A stretch of DNA of 64,000 nt from the human T2T-CHM13v2.0 reference genome, Homo sapiens (GCF_009914755.1 NC_060934.1), one strand, 5' to 3'. Numbered from the stretch's first letter, positions 1-52,718 are shown. Program-made: numbers and translations. The notes: generated by a model not told the origin, from the letters alone.

Positions 1-811
1 TCAAAAGAAGACATTTATGCAGCCAAAAAACACATGAAAAAATGCTCATCATCACTGGCCATCAGAGAAATGCAAATCAAAACCACAGTGAGACACCATC
101 TCACACCAGTTAGAATGGCAATCATTAAAAAGTCAGGAAACAACAGGTGCTGGAGAGGATGTGGAGAAATAGGAACACTTTTACACTATTGGTGGGACTG
201 TCAACTAGTTCAACCATTGTGGAAGTCAGTGTGGCGATTCCTCAGGGATCTAGAACTAGAAATACCATTTGACCCAGCCATCCCATTACTGGGTATATAC
301 CCAAAGGATTATAAATCATGCTGCTATAAAGACACATGTGCACATATGTTTATTGCGGCACTATTCACAATAGCAAAGACTTGGAACCAACCCAAATGTC
401 CAACAATGATAGACTGGATTAAGAAAATGTGGCACATATACACCATGGAATACTATGCAGCCATAAAAAATGATAAGTTCATGTCCTTTGTAGGGACATG
501 GATGAAATTGGAAATCATCATTCTCAGTAAACTATTGCAAGAACAAAAAACCAAACACCGCATATTCTCACTCATAGGTGGGAATTGAACAATGAGGTCA
601 CATGGACACAGGAAGGGGAACATCACACTCTGGGGGACTGTTGTGGGGTGGGGGGAGGGGGGAGGGATAGCATTGGGAGATATACCGAATGCTAGATGAC
701 GAGTTAGTGGGTGCAGCACCAGCATGGCACATGTATACGTATGTAACTAACCTGCACAATGTGCACATGTACCCTAAAACTTAAAGTATAATAATAAAAG
801 AAGAAAAAAAA
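1..811 (+). mobile_element. LINE-1 3' end (L1PA2-like): ORF2p C-terminus, 3'UTR and A-rich tail; 5' part lies outside the window
   Basis: ORF 34-588 is the ORF2p C-terminus ([13 protein letters not shown]...FSLIGGN). The 3'UTR has the G-tract and 'gctagatgacgagttagtggg'; tail at ~790-811. Confidence 0.95.
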
Positions 812-1113
812 TTATTCAATAAAATAATGTTGCTTGGTTGTAACTAATGTTGATTGGTAAAGTTAAAAAAATTAGCTCAGGTATTTGAAATAACAGATCA
901 AGCAATGTATCCATGACCTAAGAGCTTCTAGATATCCCGAGAGAGAAGCTTATGTCTCGTAATATAGAAAGTGCTAATAGTTTACAATATGAACTGTTTT
1001 TGCAGATGCATAAACTATCCACATTACCATACTCCACAATTTGTGAAAGGCCAGGAAATTAGTGACTCTATATATGATACTTTTGAATAGTTATGGAAAA
1101 CTATTCAAAATAA

Positions 1114-1274
1114 CCCACTCTATGGGTTGTCTGTTTACTCTGCTGACTGTTCCTTTTGCCATGCAAAAGCTCTTTAGTTTAATTAGGTCCCAGCTACTTA
1201 TCTTTGCTTTTATTGCATTTGCTTTTGGGTTCTTGGTCATGAAATCATTGCCTAAGCCAATGTCTAGAAGGGTT
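1114..1274 (-). mobile_element. Short older L1 (L1PB-like) ORF2 fragment
   Basis: 'aagctctttagtttaattaggtccc' is the antisense of the ORF2 [10 protein letters not shown] region. Confidence 0.75.
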
Positions 1275-1383
1275 ATCTTCTCAAATGGAAAGCTTTGTCA
1301 CTAATGGTATGTCTGTGATTATCGGGTATTAAGATCACTCACTCAGGATGTACTGGTTCTAGGTGTGTAGAGAAATTAGATAC

Positions 1384-2440
1384 TGTCTTAGTACATTTGT
1401 GTTGCTATAAAGGCATACCCGAAGGTGAATAATTTATAAAGAAGTCTCTTTGGCTCATGGTTCTGCATACTGTACAAGAAGCATGGCACTGGTATCTGGT
1501 AGGCCTCTGGTGAGGGCCCCAGGCTGCTTCCATTCATGGCAAAAGGAGACGTGGAGTTAGCATGCGCTGACGTCAGATGGTGAGATAGGAAAGCAATAGA
1601 AGGCGAGTAAGGTGCCAGGCTCTTTTTAACAAGCAGCCATCAAGAAAAGAAATAATGCAAGAATTCACTCACTACTGCAGGCAGAGCACCAAGCCACTCA
1701 TGATGGATCTGTCCCAATGACCATAACAATCCCACTAGGCCCCACTTCCTACATTAAGAACTCAGCATATGGTTTAGAGGGTCAAATATCGCAATTACAG
1801 CATTCTTCCCCTGGCCCAGCACCAACTTAAAATTCCAAAGTACAAAAGTTCATCTCAGACTCAAGGCAAGTTCCTGCTGGTTATGAGCCTGTGAAGTCAA
1901 AAACAAGTTATTTGCTTTTGAAGTACAACATCGTTATCAGTTGTGAGTAAACATTCCTTTTCCAGAAGGTAAAAAATTAACCAAAAAAAAAAATGGTGTG
2001 GGTAAAGTCAGGAGAAACAGGACCTGTGGAAGCCAGAATCCCAGCAAGGCAGACGTTCAACCTTATAGTTCCAAGATAATTTCTGGTGACTTTGTGTCCT
2101 GCATCCTGGGCACATTGATGCAAAGGGCCAGCTCTCAAGCATTTGGGCAGCCCTGTCTCCATGGCTTTGCTGGGCACAGCCCACATGGCTACTCTTACAG
2201 GTTGGAGTTCTATGCCTGTGAGACTTTTCCAGGCAGAAGTTTCAAGCTGCCAAAGGGTCTGTGATTCTGGGATCTGGACGGCTGTGGTCCTGCTCCCACA
2301 TCTCCACTAGGTAGAAACACCATGGTGACTTCTGATCCCACATTTCTGCTTATCATTGCTCAAGTAGAGACTCTGGGTGGGGCCTCCACCCATGCATTAG
2401 GCTTCTGCCTGGCTCAGCGAAGCTGCCAAATCTCAACTAC
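1384..2440 (-). mobile_element. MaLR MST-type LTR (~1384-1802) followed by MST internal sequence
   Basis: Opens with 'tgtcttagtacatttgtgttgctataaagg', typical of an antisense MST LTR; MaLR-int-like motifs follow. Right end approximate. Confidence 0.7.
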
Positions 2441-2809
2441 TCTTGTGCCACAGAGATATCAGGTTTGAAACTCCCCTCCTTTTTTTGTATTTTTCTACTC
2501 AGCATTTCCTCCAGTAGCCAGGTGTGAGGCCTCTGGCTTCACAAGACTCAAGGGACTAGGTGGCTGCTACGTGGGGGCTTCTGCCTGAAGATTGTATACA
2601 ATCTGGCTGAATGAGAAACTGATCTCAGGAGGCCAGGAGAATGCTCAGTAGTATAGGAGATAGAGAGGAGGAGGAACATAGGAGATAGAGAGGAGGAGGG
2701 GAGAAGCAGGGAAGGAGGAAAGTAAAAATAAGAAGTGGGGAGGAGAGATGCAGGGCATCCTTGAGTCAGCAATAACACTCATGTGCCTCAAATAAATAAT
2801 TGATCTTAT

Positions 2810-5265
2810 TGTAAACCAAAAAGTAACCCAGGCAGATATCAATCTATTAGAGGTTTGTTTTGGCAAGGTTGAGGACACACCCAAGAAAGAAAAATGCAAG
2901 TCACAGTAAGATCTTTGACCTGAACTTTTTTCAAAGAGGATTTTGGGAACTGCAATATCTAAAGGGTAAAGAACAAATATTTGAGGATAAAAAAATGCAG
3001 GTCAGGTACAGAATGAGGCAAGTGATTACATTCTTGTGAGCCTCTTATTAGTGCTCACTGAATCTACTATCTTACACGTGAAAACAAAGCAGTAGGGAAA
3101 AAACTGTGCATTTGTCTTGCGCTCAATAAATCTACATTTTATATAGGATATAGTAAGCATGCAAAATTACAGATATCTGTTTGGAAATAAAAGGAAGGCA
3201 GCTTTTGGATGACTCCATTACCAAGCTTAACTTTCCTTCTGACATAGTGAGTATGGGGTCCAGAGAATATATTTTTCTTTCTTTCCTTTCTTAGTAAGGC
3301 TCATTCCTATGTCATACCAGGAAGTCTAATTTCTAGGAGGTTGTGAAGTCTTGCGTCCTGTGGAAGAAAGCAGGGACAGAAAGAAAGAAAAAATAGAAAA
3401 AAAGATGCCAAGGTCAGATTACAACAAGAAAAGGAAAGGAATCCTGGAAGACAGATTCTGTCTTTACTACTAAAAACTCTACAGTCAGTAAGCACAAATA
3501 TATATATAGCTGATATATATATTTAAATGTTTGGTGATTCCAAGTAAGGAAAGTAGTAGAAAAAAATGAAAACATAATTTTGTTGACTTGTAGCCAGAAA
3601 ATAATTTAGGATTCAGACCAGATAAATTGTAGTAAGTAATAAAAACTGAGAAGCAATGGACAAGTGTAGACTCTAATAACAGGTGTACTATAGTTTCTTT
3701 TGAAACATACTTTTTCTCTCCAGTCCCTAGATTTTATCAAAGACAAATAATGATAGAAACAATTTATTTGCAAAATATGTCATAGTCTTATTATTCTTGG
3801 CCTGATTATTTGCATACATTGCAACAAGAATAATTATTGTTCAATAGGCTCTTTATAAATTGGCTTTGCTGAAGCTATTTAAAAGACTCTCAGATTAGAC
3901 TTTTAAAGACCTTTCTATCTCAGCCAAAAATGTATCTGTGCCTTCAGATGAATTGCATAAATTGGTTTATTTTCTCTTTTTTGTGGTCTCAAAATAACTT
4001 GAAGTTACTGGACCTGTCATAAAATGGCATTCTTTATTTTTCACAGGTAAGAAACCCTGTAGATGGAATAGGCAAGGTAAAAGGACAGTCTTTCCAAGGC
4101 ACTTTTATTGGCTTTATAAAGTTAACCTCCATTTCTCAAAGTAATCTGTTCATTTCTGCAAATATGTCATTCCAGTTAAAGCTTTGATAAATTATTAGTG
4201 TCTTATTCCAAAAACAAACACATTCTTATTAAACTTATGTGAATAACTATGTTGCCATAAATTAAGAATACTCACAAATACGTTTCAAATTCTGGAAGAA
4301 TTAGGCGAAGAGAAAAAATATTTTTCAAATTTTGTTTCAAATTTTTCTCAAAAAAGAATATTTTACTCAGTCACTGAAAGCTATAAAAACAGCTCAAAAG
4401 AATAAAGTCTTCTGGACTTTGAAAAACAAAACAGAAAGAATCAGCAGTAATTTAAACAAAATGTCATAAAATTGTTTTAGTCTTCTATTAGTTTGGTCCC
4501 ATGCAATGAACTCATGTTGTTTGATATTGGAGCTAATAATTTTATGAACATATTAGCTCTTCACTGAGGGGATTCCAGGATGTTTTCTTTAGTCCAATGG
4601 CACAATTTCCATGGTTACTACAAAAATGCATTTAAATGTACCCGTTGGACTCCTTTCTGCAAGTGTATTTAAAGAAGCAAGTCTTGGACAAGAGGTGATT
4701 ATAAGTTGCTTTTTGAGAAGGATCAAATTAAGACAACAATTGTCTTTGGATGACAAAATTCTTAGGATAGCCATGATCAAAGACACAATTGACAAAGGAA
4801 TATTTTATGCCATACACCAATTTAACATAAAAATTATAATAATTAAGAATATATACTAAGATATATCAGAATTATAGAAATCTCATATAATTGAAGAACA
4901 CATATTAATAACACCCTATATAAATCACACTCAAAGAAAGTTAAACACTATTTCATATTTGACAATGCTTCCTGTATAATTTTAACATCTCAAATATGTA
5001 AGTTTTGGACTTTAGGAGCCCTAATATTTGTGAAAGTTAATGAGGTAAAAAAGACTAAATGTGTAACTTGAACTTTTGATTTTTGGAACGTTTGTCAAAT
5101 AGCAAAGCCTTAAGACATTTTATACCACAAAATAAAGTCACAGATCACTGTAAAATAAGTCATTCATTTAGCCACATAATAATGCAAAGATTAAAAAAAA
5201 AACCTCTACTTCTCATAGAAAGGAGACTCAGTTTCCCAAGAAATAAGACCTAATCAAGACAACAT
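2810..5265 (-). mobile_element. MER4-group ERV1 LTR plus decayed internal sequence
   Basis: 'tgtaaaccaaaaag...gtttgttttggcaaggttgaggac' matches an antisense MER4-type LTR end. 3600-5260 is homologous to the ERV1 internal sequence at 26000-27300. Confidence 0.65.
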
Positions 5266-6745
<1,480 letters not shown>

Positions 6746-7923
6746 GCCACTGTTTGCTTGAATCATACATAGAGCTCTAGCCCATATTTGCTGTTACCGC
6801 CAAAAATGGACACAATTTTTTAAGCAAACTGATCTATGTGGCTCAGAGTAAATCATCACAGCAACTTGTATAAGTAGCTTTGTGACTGTTGATGTATAAA
6901 CTGCTCAGAAAATTTACTGGAACACCAGGATCAAACTACAACTCAGAAAAATTGTCAGATTGCCATTGCAATTTAAAAATACTTCAAGGACTCTAGAAAA
7001 CCTCATCTGTGGACTACTTCAGACATTAACATTTTTCTCCGTGGAAATGCTGTGGGGAAGAGGGATTCTAGTTTCTGTGGCTAGCCTTGGAGAAGAATGG
7101 GACTGAGAGACAGCAGATTAGGAGAAGGTCAGAGAAAACCTTTTGCTTCTGGGGCCTTCATTTGAGGGTATTGTTTTATGAGTCCCAACATTAATTAAAT
7201 TGTATGCCTTTTCATAATGAGTCTGCCTTTCATCAGGTGATTTTCATTGGCCCTTCAGAGTGCAAAGGGAAAATTTTCTCTTAGCCCCTAAAGCTGTGAT
7301 TTTAATGCGGGGAGATATTTTCTTTTCTTTGTATTACTGGACAGTAAACATGTCTTCATTTTCTTGGAGGGAGCTACCACCTTTATATGACAAAGCTGTT
7401 CAATGTACAAATTTCTTGAAAAAAAAGTTTGGAATGGAGGGCAATCAGTGGCCTTATCAAATATGCAGCAATGTTAGAGATCTTGCAGAAGGATCTCCCT
7501 ACAAGCACTTAGCAATTTCTAACAACTACGTACTTATATGTTTCTTGCATTCATAGTTGACATTCTCCACTAGACTACAAACTCAGGGATTTTAAAATTT
7601 TTATTTTGTTTAATTTTTGCCTATTTAATTTACTGCTAAAACAACGTGTGGCATACAATGGATACTCAATAAAGTTTTGCTTGATTAATAAATGAATGAA
7701 TGGAACAATATACAAAAATAATAAAAATGCCGAAATGTGGGTAGATGATTAAGAAACAAAATACATTGAAAGATACACTGCTTTACAACAAGTAAAATAT
7801 AATTCTGTAATTTTTGAATAATAGTTGCTTGCTTGGAAAAATATGGTAGTTATTTAAAAAGTATAGAATCTGAACATTGATTATTTCAAGTTTATAAAAA
7901 CACATATGTAAATAAGTGAACAT

Positions 7924-8296
7924 TGGGTTAGTCCGTTGTCACACTGCTATAAAGGAATACCTAAGACTGGGTAACTTTTATAAAAGTTTAATTGGCTCAC
8001 AGTTCTGCAGGCTGTGTAGGATGCATGGCTGGGTAAGCGTCAGGAAACTTACAGTCATGGTGGAAGGCAAGGGGGAGCAGACGCGTCTTCATGTGGCCAG
8101 AGCAGCAGGAAGAGAGTGAAGGGGAGATGCTACACATTTTTAAACAACCAGATTTCATGAGAACTCACTATCACCAGAAGAGCAAGGGTAAAGACCGCCC
8201 CTATGATCCAATAACCTCCCACCAGATCCCTCCTCCAATACTGGAGATTATCATTGACATGATATTTGTGTGGGGACACAGATCCAAACCACATCA
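7924..8296 (-). mobile_element. THE1/MST-type MaLR solo LTR
   Basis: 'gactgggtaact...aattggctcacagttc...ggggacacagatccaaacc' motifs; 5-bp TSD aacat/gacat with one mismatch. Confidence 0.85.
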
Positions 8297-8384
8297 GACA
8301 TGTTGTTTAGAAAAATCATGAAGGAAAATGCATCAAATGATAAGTATTCTGTAAGGAAAGAATTACAGGTCTTTTTTTGTATTT

Positions 8385-8390
8385 TTTATT
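8385..8390 (-). terminator. Candidate polyadenylation signal (AATAAA) of AKR1C8
   Basis: AATAAA on the minus strand ~200 nt after the stop codon; use not demonstrated. Confidence 0.4.
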
Positions 8391-8589
8391 TTTCTAAAAT
8401 TTATGGGTATTACTTTAATAATCAGGAAAAACAAACATCTTCTTGTTAAAGTCTTCATTTCATAAAATAAAGAAAGGCAAGCAACCTGCAACTACAGATC
8501 CTACTTCCTACTCCTCTATCAAATACTGAAATCCTCTCTCTGTCACCTAAAAGGAGGAAATTGTGGTGGTAATGTTCAATAGCTCATGG

Positions 8590-40876
<32,287 letters not shown>

Positions 40877-41930
40877 CCCCAGCTAACCTGTCTTTCCTCC
40901 TTTTCCTCACTGACAGCCCAGTAGGAGACAAGGCTCCTGCGTTCTTTATTTGCACCAAATGCAGGATGGGCGGGATGGAGATGACAGCTGCCAATGATTT
41001 CAAAATGAAACTGGAATCAGTCCAGTGCCTTTTCTCTGATTCTTATGTCTCTGTGGGAGTATTTTACAGAAAACTCACTCAGAAATGCTGTGAATGCCAG
41101 AGGACTTTGATTTTCTCCTCCGTGTTGTTCACACTTGATTCCTTAGTTGAAAAATGAACCACACCAATTTGTCCTTGATAAGTACACTAGCCTTCCTTTA
41201 CAAGAGGCAAAGTTATTATTAGGGTGGTCATTTCAAAACACTAATTCTACTACAGAACTGAAGTTAACTTTCTCACTTATATTTGATTGTTAATCCCTTT
41301 AAAACAGCTTATTAGAATTCCTTGAATAACGCTTGAGGCCTAGTGCCAGCCATGCATGTAATGAAATTTCTTAAGAACACCCACCCCTATTCCCAGTATA
41401 TTTCCCTCCTGTGTCAAGCCACACTCCATTTTCTCTGACTTGTTTCCTTGAATGTTTTGCAGAAAAAACTTGTCTGAGATCATGGATACATTTCTATGCT
41501 CTTGCCTTTGTTCCAGCCATTGTCTCTTTTTAGAACAGCCTGCTTAACTCCCTCCTGGTCTCCAGCGGGTTTCTTATCTTTTACTTATCCTAAAAGCACC
41601 TCCTACAGTCTAACATCCTTTATGACTCCTTCTTTTTATTGTTGTTTTTGTTTGTTTGTTTTGAACAAAGATAGGAGACAGCAAAGCAGCCTGGGTCTTA
41701 ACAGAACAGCTTGGAATTCCAGGGCCTAAATTGCTTTTGCAAAGATAAACACACACACAGCAACCATGAGAAAAATGAAAATTAAAAATGGCATCCAATT
41801 CAGATGCCAAGAGGCTCAGCCTAAATGGCCTTCTGCATAATTCACTTTGGACACTTTCATCGTCTGTAGGTGAGGACAACAGGTCTGGACCAAGGTTAAT
41901 ACCTTAAATGGTTCGAAATAACTGACTTTG

Positions 41931-42233
41931 GGCAAGGTGCAGTGCCTCATGCCTGTAATCCCAGCACTTTGGGAGGCTGAGGTGGGCGGATCATGAGGTC
42001 AGGAGGTCGAGACCATCCTGGCTAACACGGTGAAACCCTGTCTCCACTAAAAATACAAAAAATTAGCCGGGCGTGGTGGTGGGCACCTGTAATCGCAGCT
42101 ACTCAACTGAGGCAGGGGAATGGCATGAACCCGGGAGGCGGAGCTTGCAGTGAGCCAAGATTGCACCACTGCACTCCAGCCTGGGTGACAGAGCAAGACT
42201 CCTTCTCAAAAAAATAAAATAAAATAACATAAC
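41931..42233 (+). mobile_element. Alu (AluY-like)
   Basis: 'gaccatcctggctaacacggtg' and 'gcggagcttgcagtgag' diagnostics; TSD ataac(t/a)gactttg. Confidence 0.93.
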
Positions 42234-43239
42234 ATAACAGACTTTGAAATAATCAGCAGGGTAACCAGTTATTGCTAAAAACACCTCTCCATCTTTTTTT
42301 TAATTTTTTTCAAATTTTAAGTAATAGATTTAATTATCACATTATGAAATACTATAAAAAGAGAAGATGACTTCTTCTATAACCTCCCTGGGTGAGGTTG
42401 ACCAGCCTTCTCTGTGTGCCTCTTATTCTCTTAGCTTCTATGAAGCAGGTCAAAAAAAATCACATCATTGAAATTACACTCTCCACTAATAAGGAGCTTC
42501 TGCTAGATAAGATGCTTAAGTGGTATTTTCTTTGGTGTTTTTATTATGCGGTGCTTTCTCCAACATGTATTTGTGCCATTGGTATCTTAGAGGCAATCCT
42601 GAAACATGACGTTGTCATTTATCTTATTTTGAACCCATAGCTCTGGCTGCTCAAGGTCCGAATTCTGCCTGATTCTGATTCCCTGTAGTTTATAATTATC
42701 ACAACATTGTATCAGTTATAAATCTGGCAAGTATACTATTTATATTACACTGGTAAAACTGTAGAACCCTACAGAGATGGGGTTAAGTTCTGTGTCAAGT
42801 CACAAGAAAAGCATGTCTATTAATGGTAATAGCCTGAAGCTCATCATTCACTAGATTAAAAATTTGTCTAACATGTTTGCAATATTAACCTGTACTTTGC
42901 ACTAAATGGTTTACCCAAGTAAGAGACATTTCTCTGTCACTTCCCTAATTTAGCAGTCTAGGAAATTTGTTAGTGAAAGAGAGTGTGCCAATTTTATTCT
43001 TAGTAAATCCAAAGCAGGGCTTCATGCTCCCTTAAACTTGCCTTAAGCATTATCCTAAAACATTTATAGATTTGACGTCATGCTTTGTAGCAAGCACTTT
43101 TCAGAATCCATCTTCCCTAACTGGAAAGGTGTTCGTCCATGGTTTCCTGGCACTATTTTTACTTCCTCAGGTTTTCAAAAGCTACCAAGGATATGAGTTG
43201 CTCTCAGGGAGCTCATGGTTTATTGGATAAGAGGTGGGC

Positions 43240-43720
43240 AGATGGCAAATTGTTCCCCTGTGATCCCTGCCTCCTGGTATTTATGGCCCTGTATAATGTG
43301 TATAATGCCCTCTCATCAACTGTGACTAGTACTTGTGTCTTTATTCTAAACAATTGACTATTGTAAAGAAGAGTGATATTATTTCCATCATTAGGAAATA
43401 CAAAATTGTAATTTCCATTGTGCTAGGAAACTCTACTGTTTTCTCAGTTTTCAAACTTTGATAAAATTGGTGGCAACATAGGAGAGGCTCACATGGAGAG
43501 GAGCTGAGTGGGGCCTCTGGTCACCAGCCAGCTCAAAACTGAGGCTTTCATTCAGACAGTCCAGAAGAAACCAAACCCTGCCAGTTCCCCCCTGACCTTG
43601 GAAGCAGGTTATTCCCCTCTAAGCCTTCAGGAGACCCTGCTTTAGACTTATGCCTTTACTGCAGCCCATTGAGGATCTGAGCAGAGGTACTAGATCAACT
43701 CTGCATGGCTGCACACAAGT
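43240..43720 (+). mobile_element. Old MaLR (MLT1-type) LTR fragment
   Basis: MLT1-like motifs ('ggcctctggtcaccagccagc...aactgaggc'); boundaries approximate. Confidence 0.55.
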
Positions 43721-43899
43721 CACTACAACCTTAGCAGCTTAAAACCTACACAAGGTGACAGAGTGCAAATGGCAATTATAATACAGCAAGGCACCCAAGG
43801 AAACAGAAGGAAACGTGCAATTCTGGAAGAAGAGGTAGAAGGAGTGCCAGAAAATATGTTGCAATGGCCTCCATGGAACACATTCAAGAATTATATGAA

Positions 43900-44870
43900 A
43901 GTGTATTTCATTCAAAAATAAATAGTGAGTAGCTATAACGTGCAAGATACTGTTGTCGGCATTAAAAACAGACAAAAATCGAAGCCTGCATTGAACTCAC
44001 TTTCAAGGAGACAGAAACGGACAAAAAACTAATAATTACATAGAATGAAAACCATGTTGTATGATAGGAAGCACTGTGAAGGGAAAAAAGTAGGGAAAGG
44101 TGTAGAGTATGGAAAGAGGGCAGGGACAATTGAAATTACAAATAGCTTAATAGCTTAAGCAGGGGATCCTCACTGAGACAGAGACATTTAAGAAAAGACC
44201 TGAAGGAGTGGAGGAAGCCAGCCTTGCTGACAGCTGAGGGAAAAGGGCTTCAAGCAGAGGGATCCTGAAGGGCATAGTCCCTGTAGCCAGGGAAGGCCAC
44301 GTGTGATCTGGGAACAGCAGGATTAGGAAAGAGGTCAGAAAGGAAGGGAAGGCCATGTTTCGGCAGAGCCCTGTAGGCCACTGAAAGCATTTGGCTTTCA
44401 CTCTAGGACAGATAAGAAGACACTGAATGAAACTGAGCTGCTGTGTAGAGAGTAGAATGTAGGTTGGTGAGGGATAAAAGTGGAAAACTAGTTAGGAAGC
44501 TACTTAATAACCAATGTAAGAAATTGAGTAATTTGGAACAGGATGGTTGTAAAGCAGGTGAGGAGAAGTGGTCAGATTCTGGGTAATTTTTAAGGTGAAC
44601 ATCAGAGGCCTTGTTCACAGATTTTATATTGGTTATGAGAGAATATTAAAAGGCAAGAATCACTCCCCAAATTTAGTTCTTTATGATGGAAAGAAAGGAA
44701 TCATTGAGACTGTGAAAATTTAAGGTGGAGCTAAATTGCATGGAGATTAAATAAATTTTTTTCTGTGGCATCCTGAGCTTGAAATGCCCATTAGACCCTC
44801 AAGAGGAGGTGCTGAATGGACAATTTGTCATTCCAGTCTGAATTATTGGGGAAAGGTCTGAACTGGAGTT
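43900..44870 (-). mobile_element. L2 LINE fragment
   Basis: 'cattcattca', 'gagacatttaag..aagacctgaagga', 'gagaagtggtcagattctgg' are L2 motifs. Confidence 0.7.
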
Positions 44871-44871
44871 C

Positions 44872-45110
44872 AGATTACAGCCTGCTGAAGGTTCAGATGA
44901 TTGTTAGCATTTTGTAACAAAATTTTTTTTAAATTAAGGTATGTACATTGTTTCCTTAGATACTATTGCTCACCTAATGTATTACAGAATAGTGTATGCA
45001 TAATTTTTATATGCAGTTGAAATAAAAAAATTATGTAATTCATTTTTGTGCTATTTTTTATGTTGGTGGTCTGGAACCCAACATTTAATATCTATAACGT
45101 ATGCCTGTGT
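44872..45110 (+). mobile_element. Tigger-type DNA transposon terminal fragment
   Basis: 'gctgaaggttcagatgattgttagcattt...gtatgcctgt' motif. Confidence 0.6.
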
Positions 45111-45439
45111 ACTATGTCTTGATTATCTCTTGTCAGAGTTTTTGACTAAATTGTATTGTGTCTGGTCCTAGTATAGCTATCACAGCTCTTTTTTGGTTAC
45201 TACTTTCATACAATACCTATTTCTGTCTTTCATGTTCATATTATTTATGTCCTCACCTAAAGTGAGTTTCTAGTTCAGAACATAGAGTTGGGTCCTAGAT
45301 TTTTTAAAATCCATTCTGCAAATCTTCCTTTTAATGTGAAAATTTAAGCCAATTTCATTCAATGTACAGTTATGAGACACACAACAACATTCTGATAAAG
45401 GATGAAACACAGAAACAATGGTGGCTTCCCCCAGTTAAG

Positions 45440-50580
<5,141 letters not shown>

Positions 50581-51375
50581 TCCGAAAGTCTTTCCTTACT
50601 AATATCAATGCCTGTAATTCTTCACAGTTTGTCAGTTTATTTTCTTCCTCATAATGAACGCTGTTTTCCTGTTTCTTTGTAGCTTTGTTATTGTTTTTAT
50701 CGCACATTTGAAAAACAGCCACATTTCATAATCTATATATATTCTGTGTCATGACAATGATCAGCTAATATGCTTGGCATATTCTTAAGTCTCGACATCA
50801 GCCCTACATGAAAACTTAAGGTCTTCTCAGTTCTTTTCTGAACGTGCATCTGCCTAGACTCTGTGTGCCCTATTTGATTTCTCCAAATACCCAATGGTTT
50901 TGAATACCTTATCATGTCAAAAATTCACAGCTCAGCTTCTCCTAAGTGCCATAGATGGCCTATTGTATGTCTCTTCCCCCTAATCTCTTGCCAGTGGCAT
51001 CTGTGCATCTATAGTCACCCTGCATCTCTACTGAGCCACTCTATAAATAAATGAGTTTATTTTAGTTCATTTCAGATTGTTTTTTGATAATTCCATGGGA
51101 GATTTGAGAGCTTTCTAATCTACCATCCTGCTGATGACACTCTGTGTGAAAATTTTTAAATGGCTCTATTATATTCCATTGCTTCAATGTATAGTAATTT
51201 ACCTAATTATTTTCTTTTATTGTTCCTTTTAGGAAGAAGTGAATAGAAGAAAAGAGGGTGTTGCAAATCAAAAGCACATAGAGATATCATCTTACACCAG
51301 TCAGAATGGCTATTCTTAAAATGTCAGACAACAACAGATATTGGTATGGATTCTTCACAGATGTTAATCATCTTC

Positions 51376-51679
51376 GTTTTTTGTTTTTTGTTTTTTTTTT
51401 TTTTTTTGAGACAGTCTTGCTCTGTCGCCCAGGCTGGAGTGCAGTGACCCAATCTTGGCTCACTGCAACCTCTGCCTCCTGAGTTTAAGCAATTGTCTTG
51501 CCTCAGCCTCCTGAGTAACTGGGATTACAGGTATCCACTACCACTCCAGACTAATTTTTGTATTTTTCGTAGAGACAAGATTTCACTTGATTGGTCTCAA
51601 ACTCCTGACCTCAAGTAAACCTACCGCCTTGGCCTTCCAAAGTGCTGGGGTTACAGGCGTGAGCCACTGCCCCCGGCCT
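51376..51679 (-). mobile_element. Alu (AluS)
   Basis: T-rich tail followed by an antisense dimer. Confidence 0.93.
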
Positions 51680-51907
51680 AATCATCGTGTTCTAGTCTGC
51701 CCTCCAATGGGAGAAACAAGTAAAATTATGCCATGTGAGGATTATTCACCAATTTATTTTAATTACTTTTTTCTTTATAACATTTAATAAGATCACAAAT
51801 TATATAAAATAGTTATCAGCTTTTTGGGAAGTTACTTTTGCTGGTTTCTTATAAAACTGATGGAAGATACAAACACTATTAAAGAACTGTTTGCATGTTG
51901 CAAATGA

Positions 51908-51939
51908 TGTCCAAAGTCCAAACATTGTTAATAATTAAT
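51908..51939 (+). promoter_or_regulatory. Adjacent HNF4 (TGTCCAAAGTCCA) and HNF1 (GTTAATAATTAAT) sites ~700 bp upstream of AKR1C4
   Basis: Near-consensus motifs; consistent with the known HNF4/HNF1 dependence of liver-specific AKR1C4 expression. Confidence 0.85.
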
Positions 51940-52574
51940 ACTCCAATAAACATCATGTCAGAATTTCTGTTTTCTTTTCCCTTTGAACCTTTGCAGGATT
52001 ACCACATCATCAGGACCACACCTTCATCAGGAATGAATATTCCTACTACAATTAAAGAAGAAACAAAATTAATTTGTTGGTGAAAAACGTAAAAAGAGAA
52101 ATTTTCTTTGGTTTTGTTTAATTTCTTTATTGAGGGTCACCACTAAAAAAAATGCTCACTGGTCATTCTTTTGAATACTGTCTGAGAGAAAGATGTAAGA
52201 TGGTTGATTATTTCAAATGACAGAAGATAAAGATGGGATATCATCATGGCATGAACAAAAACAAGATTTGTAGCTGGAGGTATTTTATAGTCTAACATGA
52301 TCACCAATCATTCTATAAACCTGTTGGATGAGTTTATCAGACAGACAGAGAGAGAGATTGATTGATTCTGAATAGAAAATTTCACTTTAGAAAAAAATAT
52401 TTTGACTATATAATAATGTATGTAAAAATTCTCTTTGATAAGAAACGAGTGAACTGGATTCAATTTTCCTCACAGCCTGTGTAATACACCATCACTTGCT
52501 TCCTCCTACATGCCATTGATTAGCCCCAGGGAGCAGTGCAGCACTGCCTGCCCATGTTTTACATAACCCCTGAA

Positions 52575-52580
52575 TATAAA
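52575..52580 (+). promoter_or_regulatory. TATA box of AKR1C4
   Basis: TATAAA ending 55 nt before the ATG. Confidence 0.75.
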
Positions 52581-52634
52581 TGCCAGATGTTGCTGAAGGA
52601 AACAGGATCTGCTTAGTGAAAGAAGTGGCAAGCA

Positions 52635-52718
52635 ATGGATCCCAAATATCAGCGTGTAGAGCTAAATGATGGTCACTTCATGCCCGTATTGGGATTTGGC
52701 ACCTATGCACCTCCAGAG
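52635..52718 (+). CDS. AKR1C4: AKR1C4 exon 1 coding part
   Basis: 84 nt with donor gtaata. Confidence 0.97.

Noticed and set aside
3496-3524. AT-rich near-palindrome aaatatatatatagctgatatatatattt
   Set aside because: Expected self-complementarity of short (AT)n runs.
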